Below are positions 48,401 to 52,092 of a stretch of DNA of 64,000 nt, piece by piece; position 1 is the first letter of the stretch; every line of letters starts with the position of its first letter. Both the position numbers and the translations under genes were made by a program. Location of the stretch: the NCBI GenBank assembly GCA_947486375.1, contig CANKTP010000001.1:17118-81117 (forward strand), in the 5' to 3' direction. The stretch comes from Candidatus Hydrogenedentota bacterium. GTDB taxonomy: Bacteria > Hydrogenedentota > Hydrogenedentia > Hydrogenedentales > GCA-2746185. The notes under the pieces were generated by a model that ran no database searches, was not told the origin of the DNA, and worked only from the letters and a program-made list of their open reading frames with translations.

Positions 48401-50452
48401 AGAACCGGATTTATTACGGTAAGCAGCCTCCCCGTGCCTCCCACGGCTGCATTCAGCGCGAATCCGACTTCCGGAACCGCGCCGCTCGCCGTGGAGTTCG
48501 CCGACGAGTCTGGCCCGGGAAGCGAATCGATTACCGGGTGGGAGTGGGACTTCGGCGACGGCACGAGCAGCAATCTCCAGAACCCGGCGCATGTCTATGA
48601 AGTGGCGGGCGTCTATCCGGTTTCATTGGCCGTCACGACGAGCGTGGACGAGGACACCGAGGTCAAGAACGGTTTTATCACCGTGCGATCCGCGGCGGGA
48701 CCGGCGGCGGACTTTAGCGCGAGCCTCACCTCGGGTCCCGCGCCCCTCACCGTGCAATTCACGGACGAGTCGGCGGAGGGGAACGCGGAGATTGCCTCGT
48801 GGGCCTGGACCTTTGGCGACACCGGCACAAGTGCGGAGCCGAACCCAGGCCATGTATACGACGCCGAGGGGGTCTATACCGTCTCATTGACCGTCACGAC
48901 CCCGTTGGGAACCGACACCGAGACGAAATTCGGATTCATCGAAGTATTGGGTTCGGGCGGGGAGCTATGCGACGTCTATCTCCAAATCCACGAGCAATAC
49001 GACGCATTCCGCTCCCACTTTGGGATCGTGGACGATGACCTCGACGACGATGGGTTGCCCGACGAAGCGCTGCTCGATCTGCTTCAAGGGTTGCTGTGCC
49101 CGGACCTCACGAAGGCGACGGTCGCGGATGCGGCCCTGCGCGCCGCCTTTGACACGAACCTCGCCGAACTGATTGCGCGGAACGATCCGGCGGTCGCCGA
49201 GTATCGCGAGCTACTGGCGCTGCTCCTGGCCGTGTCCGCAGAGAGCCGCGACGCCGTCATCGCCGAACTTGCCGCCGACGGCGTTACGCTTGCCGCCTCT
49301 GGCTTCGATACGTTGACGGGCGAGGACGCCCTATACGACGGAGGGGCGGACTTGGACGGCGACGGCGTGTCCAATGCCGACGAGTACGATCTCTTCGAGG
49401 CAACCTGCGATATCTGTAGCATCGAGGACTTGGTGGATGCCGTCAACAATCCCCTCAACGTCGGCGCCGAGCTGAGCATTTGCGAATCCCTGGGCGAAGT
49501 CGAAACCCAGTACGCGGCCTTTGTCGCCGCGTTCGCCGCCTCCATCGATCGAAACGACGACATCGACAACGATTTGCTTCCCGACGCCCATGCGCTTGCC
49601 CTGGTCGAGTTCACCTGCGGATTGGTCGACTGCGGGCTGTCGGGAGATTTGCGCCTGGCCTACGCCGGAAATTTGGCCGCCCTGGACGGCGAGAATCCGG
49701 CCGCCGTGACCGCGCTCGAACCATACCGCAACGTCTTAGCTGCGCTGATGACCCTCGGCGACGCCACCGTTCAAGCGGTGAAGGACATTGTCGCGACCCA
49801 GGCTTCCCTCACCGGCGCCTACACCGCCGTCGAGGGCGCTACCGTGGGGTGTATCGCGAACGCCGGGGCCGGGGTCAGCGAACTCTATTCAGCCGCCGGC
49901 GACTTCGACGGGGACGGATTCACGAACTTGGACGAATACGACAACGTAGCGGCCCGTGCCGGAACGACGATTGCCGATTTCGTCGAGGCGGCAACGGATC
50001 CCGGCTCGGATGGGTCCGCCGACAATCACGTCCCTTCGTTGAATGCCGTTGGCGACCAACAGGTCAAGGAAAAACAGCCACTGACATTCGTGATTTCGGG
50101 AGGCGATCCGGATGCCGGCGACTCATTAACGTACAGCGCCACCAACCTTCCCCCGGGCGCCTCGTTCGATCCGGCGACTCGTACATTCGCCTGGACACCC
50201 GCGGCGGGCGATGCAGGGACCTATCCCGGCGTGGTGTTCAAGGTTGCCGACCATGCCGGCCTATCGGACTCGGAATCGATAGCCATACTTGTCACCCCGG
50301 GCGGGTGCGGCTCCGCCGCAGATGGGCACGGCGGCGCCCCGGCGCCCCAAGGCGACCTTGAGTTGTCGCTGACGATCGCCGCTTTCCTGTATGCGTCGAG
50401 AAGGCGCGGCGGCTCCGGCGCACACCGCGAATCGGATGTAGCGCCCCGATAG
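27452..50452 (+). CDS. Giant (about 7,670-aa) mosaic cell-surface protein with many repeated modules and an embedded I9-S8 subtilase.
   Basis: A single uninterrupted 23-kb ORF; the track start at 27428 is TTG. A GTG at 27452 is preceded by GGGAGGGG and gives '...GFRVPVLAFTLVALLGAFAASAAEY' (signal-like). The domains were recognised by eye. I9 propeptide + S8: 'VAVIDTGIDYTHPD' (Asp), 'HGTHVAGTIGAVGN' (His), 'GTSMATPHVAGVAALL' (Ser). Five PKD domains: 'FGPAPLTVQFTDES...WNFGD....PNP.HVY...GVYTVSLTVTT'. Nine cadherin-like domains: 'NRPP.L..IGDQ...EG..L.FTVTATDPDGD.LTY......PGA.FDP.TG.F.WTPG'. Ca-binding loops: 'DLDGDGVSNADEYD', 'DFDGDGFTNLDEYD'. The C-terminus is '...LELSLTIAAFLYASRRRGGSGAHRESDVAPR'. 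Confidence 0.8.
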   Translation: MRHQPESETGGGVSGFRVPVLAFTLVALLGAFAASAAEYATEFFEGTDVDLGGQSFTFTPDASGGNYAVCRSLAAAFPAAVDAAAQIVLGDDDFEEIVLLDGATVGYFGQSYTSVFVGSNGYLTFGSGDWGYFESLEAHFDFPPRISALFDDLNPTAGGSVFFEQAADRIAVTFQDVPEYSVGGANSFQVELFFSGTIRITYLGLSTLDGLAGLSAGQGLPDDFQESDFSGLPMGCDDLAISPQAPFDSYGLVGGPFGPSAKVYTLSNAGTQPLDWNAGTISPVTWMSVVPTGGTLNPSESVVIAVALTGEADTLPASAVPYSTLIAITNATSARTSFLEAGLEIRNPPGDLLIRDNVIPRYDRRLSFRDVAVGSTGGVPNSALGVISLKNLGPGALTIARIGLMRYFESFSDGLASGWTPDVGDNWAAANSMFRARNTSTDPDFMTAVESTEWNEDIAVEVTTVQQGNDSHPHGIAIAASEGFDAGEFDGTLHATGSGYVFLIASNGAFSAWKFENGSQIPLKAWSYSAAIESVANDLRVTAVAEPDGGVRFRFAINGTQAWSGEDLEPLPNGRIALIGYSEGNSTIYRFDNILVSPPGAEDGVSASTPAFGLPADSLPDLPLTIEAQAEASFDVLFQPDHEGDFRDVLVILSDDADDPDAQVSLEGAGESVIEIVHDPLPDTVDLGPYSAIAAITAGAGLLESELWLYYRVVSGGPFARLPLSVLESGSYFAEIPAQALGTQVEYYISASDVMGHVLTDPFRVPDRLHSFIVGLPSLVVTVLAPTLDVELASGDSQTIPASVRLDNVGYGDLIWSVGETVRSLAGTIQSASLQPFAVRPGTEDIATKGVQQPASGSHSGVESIGGPDEGGYTYTDSIEPGGPSVGQYWVEISETGTNLGMTDDVYAFPIPLDFIFDFYGTAYTEVAVGSNGLIYFEDTYLGYGNSCIPGMNYYGVNRFIALYWDDLYPSGTNNVYWQVTGDAPNRKFVVQWHHVAHFGAGGDLTAQVQLFESGGKIVLLYQNAAPTFGQNATAGIQGDPETGLQYRCDAPNLEGGLAVLFQRGVGWLDEVPTSGRIPAGGSSTIDLVFDAAGLPPGYEEGARLVFSSNDADTAVPDFADASLRVAQAVRIDHDPLGDTGDTAGPYPVCANITAVEGVDTSALWAYYRVNGDGAFLPAPMSNTGGDNFCGSIPGQPIGTEVEYYLVAQDMLGGVTRHPPQAPSLVHAFHVVDASGQIEVIDPVEPSNDLFLPFSPPALEIGTSAVRTVTIRNAGLAALTITGILDSFLYRESFDDGLAQGWVEAVDSQWNAVDGEYRALTDQPGVWMQSTYAAATWEDLSASVVMRRAGDTGNVSALAVRTSPDFDLGSYSGSAYAVGIDGSGNFWVIRFSPGAYAWLQSWTFSPYLNTGESANEVTLSVEGPAIGVYFNGNLAWMGFDLGLAGPGGIALDGYSGYGLATTHVYDDFEVGQPLPAPAGLNAAQQWYNGHANEAGSPELAPPNDFVPPYPGGDPGALADATEVPETLPDVFELQAVPELPLLLAPDASVTFDVAFNPVETGEFSGAVVIESDDPVSPEVILVLTGMASEALALAHVPLPDTTNALGPYPVEALVTSLYGVASATLRWSIDAGQNFTEVEMVEGQAGVHSGNIPGQDSGTTVLYSIEVVDSLDASVADPVGGGTHQFQVTGIPNLTLSPSNLEFEIPHGETETREITLQNTGNWPATWSLRELFAPNLKALGVNAPQGGPGAAPLAGANRPKPPGGGPAVDWRTAHVPGRLLVKFAPTKSGLSAKASVHAFAGGRPIHSFRSIPLDVVQIPRGANLAAMAAAYRARPEVEYAEPDYIVQADVFPDDPAFAQQWALHNTGQTGGLEDADIDAPEAWDTQTGSATVVVAVIDTGIDYTHPDLAANIWINEAEANGTPGLDDDGNGIADDLHGARWTDGTGAPTSGDPMDGNGHGTHVAGTIGAVGNNGTGPAGVAWDVRLMGLKFLTDSGSGSISDAVSALEYAIEMGAHVSSNSWGGGGFSQAMADMIDAARAANQLFIAAAGNESQDNDANPHYPSSYELDNILSVASSDQADAMSWFSNHGATSVDLAAPGSDIYSTWPGGGYNTISGTSMATPHVAGVAALLLGSAPDTPYSDLKAWLLSSADVLPAWSGLTLSGARLNASAALGNSGKPWIDEDPIEGTLASGESKTIAVTVDTTRLENGFSDTAILSIAGDPDGAIEAGVSLNVAGYVAFDHDPLVDTTASGDYEVCAMITALSGSIVRTELFWSVDGGAFTAIPMTGSGGGNLDCAAIPAQAVGSDVCYYIEAEDDQGHVQRRPFEGAVAPICFQVQGIPNLEVALPEPGGLDFFLNPGAAETRGIVITNSGTWPVDWSLGLPGAGVLTTTIVDLPAISAIPRAGISGVLPEGWASSGRPSSREAVRSLIRADATPVDLLILSPNSVPSTLQAGLEAFEDIGALDYFDAAISPPIPADLAPYGVVIVANGFYWADAEATGNVLASYVDSGGKVIVAEAGFDGFWGYGLQGRFADESYGPFVGGLIDQSIQRTLGAHDADHPIMAGVESLADSVVTLVDLQPGAQWVAEWGDGVPLVAVMDFSSVVGINMFPFDYGNISGDYISLFHNAVVWLADGGTSNGWMSMGSASGRLDPGASVEVLITADATGLHDGFHACRGLELSGDPDGVLDVTACLTVYNGALFLGHSPLEDTSNEGPYPVETTIVSASGVSRADLYWSTDGGAVFATTPMIPISGDSYGASIPDQPVGTIIDYYLEAEDGIGNIAAEPDTAPALLHRFEVVSTPPDIFVTDSVVPADDGIVSFDPPIPIGSSSVESITVENLGEQPLTLSGASVAYRVSDNNSPQGPAFDWIEIGVSGTNLALIDDSYSYPISLPFGFEFYGNEYTDIAVGSNGAVYFEDKYFAFANSCIPGSGAVDVSRFIALYWDDLSPSGIDNVYYQIVGEAPSRRLVVEWSNVPHVCCGGSLTAQVQLFESTGHILYLYSETDPGEGEGATAGIQDSPSQGLQYSCDDSVLAPGLAVLFQPERYFALENLPDFPAVLDQFDSLSFDVRFQSPDIGNFLGAVSIRSDDPDAPEVQVDVAGSAVDVIVIGHNPLGDTSLAGPYSVEATIAAPHGLVRADLLWSVDGGNSFTSTLLSIVSGDLYEASVPGQPVDTVVDYYIEAEDSMGSVRREPADAPFATHRFSVVPPSGDIAVSDTALPADDRWIPYSPPIVGPGDSVLHTITVDNAGLGNLVITSIRAGLYYVENFEDGLPQGWTESVDSHWTVTGGEYRAQAGFPGVSMQSRYDAASWDNLSARALIRRTGNSSNVSVLAVRTSPDFDYATFAGSAYATGINVDGTYWVIRFSPGGFSWLQSWTFSPYLNTGEATNDVMFSIDGDAINVYFNGNLAWSGFDSGHGEAGGIALVGYSGSLFEIAHFYDDVEVGLPVPPVEGLSAAQAWYNNRPLEGGTPAEAPPGAAIAEFPGTAGGPIVGDALSAESVMPAFVTEGLPSLPAVLGPGQSFAFEVRFQPEAQGEFTETLFINSDDPDTPALEVGLTGTAGDLFGIEHGPLGDTINDGPYVLGATITAANGIARADTIWTADGGATFSSVSMANVSGDHYVAAIPGGHPDGTVIGYYIEVEDAVGNIDTGPGGAPVELYEFTIEAPPGDLAVFDSVDPVDDRLLPFSPPTVTVGSSVVETITVLNDGLGPLTIGSVLGGLFYAENFNDDLAQGWVETVDAQWNVSGGAYAAREDVLSTWMQASYDTAPWENFSASVRMSRTATASNTSAFAVRTSPDFDIQTSTGSAYATGILGDGTFWVIRFSPGGYAWLQSWTFSAYLNTGEAVNDVAMSVSGDAIAVYFNGHLAWSGSDSGIPDAGGIALMAYNNPEGIYLYDDIEVGLPIPSADGLSEAQAWYNSHPLEGGSPWEAPAESMVAAFPGELGDPMASDNRTSGGELGLESVGYSALFNSGTDGFTADPVMGGGLWHQTAGCEAASGDHSTPGALYYGVDGACNYDAGITAGAVVSPPIALPGDATATLTFAYFLETERAPSYFDMASVEVSSDGGVTYTLVAHNDANAGAALIEETEGAWRQLTVNLAAFAGDEIVIRVGFATVDSGANTYRGFYIDDLSVDLDSTQPFEFEGLPALPAVLAPGESFVFDVRFQPIVDGPFTGVVHIESDDPETPSARVDLSGMAQFAIVIDHTPLGAAAADGPYAVDAAILSQAALVRSEVFWSTDGGANYASVPMAIVSGDLYQALIPGQPVGTQIKYYIEVEDSLGLVIAHPAAAPGETHQFDIVIYPGDIEVTDSVEPPDDFSAPFSAVNIGASATETMTIRNNGLGPLSIENISEAAAPGMNSAPDSVGGPDAGGYTFIDNYEPGGPAFDWIDVTGTGTNLNLVDESSSPPIAIPFAFEFYGSAYDAFVVADNGAIYFEGGYFGYANACLPDGGVSGIGAFIAPYWADLYPGGTNNVYYQVVGDAPNRRLVIEWYNVYSVIGGETVTAQVQLFENGGDILFLYEDAYPVYGGYAAAGIQGDAVTGISYSCQQGDLYPGLAVLFEPGDAPGEGEGEGPSAFFIEGLPEFPATLAPGDSLSFSLRFEPIVAGEYSGTVSIESDDPSSPVIETNLTASGFEAFGVAHDPLEGAYDFAPYAICLELSAFEGLNPAELWLYYSIDGGVTYAGPLPLILSGEGVYCADIPAQLAGATVHYYAVLRDALGRVGTFPLGSPWSFEVAGTPDFEADHPDEIVFVLNPGASQTQTITVGNTGPQATAAGEWHIASDVLLAYAGGPKPDELRRQLEAFPEVARVEAFDASRSTPTLDELEDFNVVIVLSADSFADPLAMGDVLALYAAGGGKIIQTLATFESSAAWELGGAFARDYSPFTSGEFQFRYMQLGDYDLAHPIMASIGFIEAEFAVGVGLAEDAEPVADWDDGTPAIATRGGNVVAMNVLPFAQGEWQADANVQQLLRNAIEWLNRQWLSVFPVSGNLEIGSETVVSLTASAEGFSDGDETTTTLVIAGDPHPDGNIERTVRLIVDEYLSIVHEPLENTPDAAGPYLVDATITAENGVNESKLKLYYSVNRGPIEEVALQPLGLGAYRGEIPGQPFGTLIEYYLSAQNAIGQLLTNPIEAPDDRHAFRVFDPSSNLFAATFETGGDGFVFDNGAGTGGGLWHHTTACQAVGAEGALYYGIDASCSYDAGNTQGFAVSPPVVLPPPGQSATLTFSYFLETEGLPSSYDRASVEVSTDGGASWGLVAHNYAGAAAGLVLLQDPTASWRRATVNLSAFAGSEIMLRLGFATGDSIANGHKGFYVDDLSIDLAPDCEVPANPSPADAEANVAVNVTLAWDQAKALAEYLAALRAGETGVESLVRGSDETPLFPPVPSETPPVVVPDALASVAIFQNLAPWGTASNQVVLTANGISHQIFGSADMGYVDLAGFDKVIVSSVQDAQFYAALAANRDWFEDYVISGGLLDLHLASYTSAPADGLELPGGFVTQSLLSSSVSIADPFHPIVTVPHAISHAELQGWNYSTHGIFSSAPLDAVPIVNETGSGLPCAMELALGAGRILATLQTVEWIGSSPNYFENMTLHELGGCAPSYDVYFGTDPNSLARVYTGLEQPYCDFPSLSPGTVYFWQVDAIRCCGATLGPVWSFTTGTGQLSVDAFEADDSPQSASPIALNGVPQERTLDRPGDVDWAIFFAAAGQAIHVDATASAPGAQLFVQLYRLEGIALVAESVPLGNRDVSASIEWTADASGGYLVRVATATPAATGASAAYRLDVWVESIIPSTLIVRAVDEATGEPIDGVEIIIDDLANGYFTNEDGLFTLPMEPGPHTVCANGGAVGFTATCESPANVDVSDSEQEVVQFELDPDAKLEVTPAGLNFGRVYLGSTVERLVTVTNVGTGTRVITGDALWNALGPIRIMDGSHYVLDPGQSSQVIVEFAPLAPAITQGTMEFTTGVRGSETIVVSGTGRENAAPVLAGIGPKAFTENQAGSFTVTASDVDGDTLTYGVSNAPEGAVFDPGTRTFSWTPDFDNAAAYPGVTFTVTDDRAPFRSDTETITITVQNTNRPPVLNSIGDQAFTEGQFDRFTVTATDPDGDDLTYTAIGLPSGAALDSVTGECSWSPGFESLRSYSGVQFIVTDDGLPVPLQASGPITITVANTNRVPFLDSVEDQSVAEGETLSFTVTASDFDGGTPVLSVSNLPGGATFDPATGNFAWTPGTTDAGPYEVTFIATDGEGLAGTMSVTITVTNVNRAPSLDPIDNQSIAEGELLTFTLSATDPDDDTLTFGATDLPGDATLNATTGVFVWTPGYEDASEYPVEFTVSDGAAPPVAGAVVITVSNTNRAPALSPIGSRAAGEGETLTIVLSAFDPDGDAIAYAAFGLPEGAQFDPGTATFTWTPGFGESGNYGVEFAVTDNGTPVLSASEAITISVGDVNRPPALEAVGDRQALEGERLALTLTSVDLDAEDTMTYLMTNAPTGAELDPVTGSFGWTPGFDDAGVYTGVVFTVADDGTPIESDFESITITIINSNRAPELAEVADREVAEGAPLEIALGASDPDSGDARTFAMSNTPPGASLNPITGVFAWTPGFDDAGRYDVAFTVTDDGTPAPLDDAELVTITVTNTNRPPTLAAIADSEILVGQRLEIALDAVDPDSTDRLTFGVTGLPPGEGSIDPITGVFAWTPSATGTYEAMFTVTDDGTPGPLQASETATIAVSALPVAAFSADVRLGTAPLTVQFTDESVSGSAEITSWNWNFGDDTFSEEQHPGHDYASDGVYTVSLTVTTATGTDAEIKTGYITVTGDPASPTAAFSADVLFGPAPLTVRFSDESAPGTAPITAWAWNFGDSGPIGADPDPEHVFALEGVYSVSLTVTTAGGIDLEIKTAYITVGNDPVPPVADFNADARFGPAPLSVQFVDESRPGSTGITEWLWNFGDAATSTQPNPRHVYESDGVYTVSLTVTTGVDDNTATRTGFITVSSLPVPPTAAFSANPTSGTAPLAVEFADESGPGSESITGWEWDFGDGTSSNLQNPAHVYEVAGVYPVSLAVTTSVDEDTEVKNGFITVRSAAGPAADFSASLTSGPAPLTVQFTDESAEGNAEIASWAWTFGDTGTSAEPNPGHVYDAEGVYTVSLTVTTPLGTDTETKFGFIEVLGSGGELCDVYLQIHEQYDAFRSHFGIVDDDLDDDGLPDEALLDLLQGLLCPDLTKATVADAALRAAFDTNLAELIARNDPAVAEYRELLALLLAVSAESRDAVIAELAADGVTLAASGFDTLTGEDALYDGGADLDGDGVSNADEYDLFEATCDICSIEDLVDAVNNPLNVGAELSICESLGEVETQYAAFVAAFAASIDRNDDIDNDLLPDAHALALVEFTCGLVDCGLSGDLRLAYAGNLAALDGENPAAVTALEPYRNVLAALMTLGDATVQAVKDIVATQASLTGAYTAVEGATVGCIANAGAGVSELYSAAGDFDGDGFTNLDEYDNVAARAGTTIADFVEAATDPGSDGSADNHVPSLNAVGDQQVKEKQPLTFVISGGDPDAGDSLTYSATNLPPGASFDPATRTFAWTPAAGDAGTYPGVVFKVADHAGLSDSESIAILVTPGGCGSAADGHGGAPAPQGDLELSLTIAAFLYASRRRGGSGAHRESDVAPR
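32790..33980 (+). other. Embedded peptidase inhibitor I9 propeptide + subtilisin-like S8 serine protease domain inside the giant ORF. It has an intact D/H/S triad.
   Basis: I9-like segment: 'GRLLVKFAPTKSGLSAKASVHAFAGGRPIHSFRSIPLDVVQIPRG...EVEYAEPDYIVQA'. S8 motifs: 'DTGID', 'HGTHVAG', 'GTSMATPHVAG'. Confidence 0.75.
45400..47640 (+). repeat. Array of 8 tandem ~280-nt coding repeats (cadherin-like/He_PIG-type domains) within the giant ORF. A 9th copy lies at about 50020-50300.
   Basis: Eight consecutive ~93-aa units each begin 'NR[AP]P.L' and contain 'F[TA]VTA[TS]D.D.D.LT[YF]...P.GA..D..TG.F.WTPG'. Confidence 0.7.
47640..48950 (+). repeat. Array of 5 tandem ~270-nt coding repeats encoding PKD domains within the giant ORF
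   Basis: Five units of the form 'A[AD]F.A.....GPAPL.V.F.DES..G...I..W.W.FGD........P.HVY...GVY.VSLTVTT......E.K.G.ITV'. Confidence 0.75.
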
Positions 50453-50478
50453 ACTCCCCACACAGGATGACTATTGAG

Positions 50479-50520
50479 CGTCCCCCTGGATGGGTTCGAG
50501 GGGGACGTTTCTTGCTTTTC
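50479..50520 (+). terminator. Rho-independent terminator after the giant gene
   Basis: CGTCCCCC-(13-nt loop)-GGGGGACG is followed by TTTCTTGCTTTTC, starting about 27 nt after the stop codon. Confidence 0.65.
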
Positions 50521-50554
50521 CGCGCTATCCACACCTTCGTTTCGAGGGTGTAGA

Positions 50555-50595
50555 GAATACCCTTCTATTGTAGTCATATCTCTGATATAATCCGG
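50555..50595 (+). promoter_or_regulatory. AT-rich putative promoter for murC, with a TATAAT box at about 50587-50592
   Basis: 'cttctattgtagtcatatctctgaTATAATccggacacataccatatattgcaatgg' is the only AT-rich patch between the terminator and murC. The -35 element is weak (TTCTAT). Confidence 0.3.
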
Positions 50596-50622
50596 ACACA
50601 TACCATATATTGCAATGGCTTC

Positions 50623-52092
50623 TTGGCTTTACACAATAATTCGGCGGAGTCCGCAAGGGTGAACGGCGTCAAACGAAAAGTTCATTTTGTCGGTGTGGGC
50701 GGCATCGGCATGAGCGGACTTGCCGAAATCCTCCTGAATCTCGGATACGAAGTGTCCGGCTCCGATATTCACGCATCGGAAATCACCCGCCGCCTCGAGG
50801 AATTCGGGCTCTCCTTTCGCGAGGGCCATCAGGCATCGAATATCGGCGATGCTGGCATCCTCGTCGTCTCCGCCGCGGTGGCTGCGGACAATGTCGAGGT
50901 TGTCGCCGCGAAAGATCGCTCGACTCCCGTCATTCACCGGAGCGATTTACTCGCGGATCTGCTCCGGCTGAAGCCAAATGCGGTGGTGGTGGGCGGCACC
51001 CACGGCAAGACGACAACGACCTCGATGATCTCCGCCATCCTCGACCGGGCGAACATCGGGGCGACCTCGATCATCGGGGGCATCCTCCATCGGAGCGGCA
51101 CGAACGCGCGCTGGGGGACCGGCGAATATATTGTCGCCGAGGCCGACGAGCACGACGGATCGTTCCTGCGGCTTCACCCGACGATCGCGGTGGTGACGAA
51201 CATCGACGCCGAGCACCTCGAGTATTACGGCACCATTGACCGGATCAAGCGGGCCTTCGTCGATTTTTGCAATGGCGTGCCCTTCTACGGGTATTCGATC
51301 CTCTGCCGCGACGATGCCGGTGCCCGCGCCATACTCGAGCATGTGGACAGCGTGTGCCTTACCTATGGATTGGACGACGGTGCCTCGTTGACCGGGTCGA
51401 ATGTCGTCCTTGCCGAGGGGCGTCCCGGCGAATCCAACCTGCAGGGGCTCTCCCGCCTGCGTACCCGCTTCGACGTCACGAGCCATGACGCGCGCCTGCG
51501 CGCCACGGGCCGCCTGGGGACCGTCGAGATCAATGCAATTGGCGAGGACAACGTTCGCAACGCCCTCGCCGCGTGCGCCGTCGGCCTATGCCTCGGGATG
51601 CCGTTTCAGCGTATCGCCGATGGCCTCCGGGATTTCGACGGGGTACAGAGGCGTTTGCAGGTCCGGGGTACCGCCCGCGGGGTGGTCGTGGTCGAGGACT
51701 ATGCCCATCATCCGACCGAACTCGCCAGCACGCTGAACGCCGTCCGTTGGGCCGCGCCCAAGCGCGTCATTTGCGTGTTCCAACCGCACCTCTACAGCCG
51801 CACGAAATTCTTTAGCGACGACTTTGCCCGTGTCCTGTCGACGGCCGATCGGGCCGTCGTGACCGCAATCTATCCGTCGCGGGAGGAGGCCATGCCGGGC
51901 GTGGACGCCGCGCTCATCGTGGATGCCGCCCGCTCCGCGGGGGCCGAGCATGTCGAGCTGATCGAGGACATGAATGACGTCCCCGGGAGGCTCGCACCTG
52001 ATTTGCGCGCGGGTGACCTCGTGCTTGTGCTCGGCGCGGGAAACATCAACCGGATTGCCGGTCCGCTCTTGCGGGAAATTGAGGCGCGCTGA
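50623..52092 (+). CDS. murC: UDP-N-acetylmuramate--L-alanine ligase
   Basis: 'VHFVGVGGIGMSGLAEILLNLGYEVSGSD' and 'VVVGGTHGKTTTTSMI' are present, with a Mur ligase C-terminal domain. The track start is TTG; a GTG 12 codons downstream is an alternative. Confidence 0.85.
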   Translation: MALHNNSAESARVNGVKRKVHFVGVGGIGMSGLAEILLNLGYEVSGSDIHASEITRRLEEFGLSFREGHQASNIGDAGILVVSAAVAADNVEVVAAKDRSTPVIHRSDLLADLLRLKPNAVVVGGTHGKTTTTSMISAILDRANIGATSIIGGILHRSGTNARWGTGEYIVAEADEHDGSFLRLHPTIAVVTNIDAEHLEYYGTIDRIKRAFVDFCNGVPFYGYSILCRDDAGARAILEHVDSVCLTYGLDDGASLTGSNVVLAEGRPGESNLQGLSRLRTRFDVTSHDARLRATGRLGTVEINAIGEDNVRNALAACAVGLCLGMPFQRIADGLRDFDGVQRRLQVRGTARGVVVVEDYAHHPTELASTLNAVRWAAPKRVICVFQPHLYSRTKFFSDDFARVLSTADRAVVTAIYPSREEAMPGVDAALIVDAARSAGAEHVELIEDMNDVPGRLAPDLRAGDLVLVLGAGNINRIAGPLLREIEAR

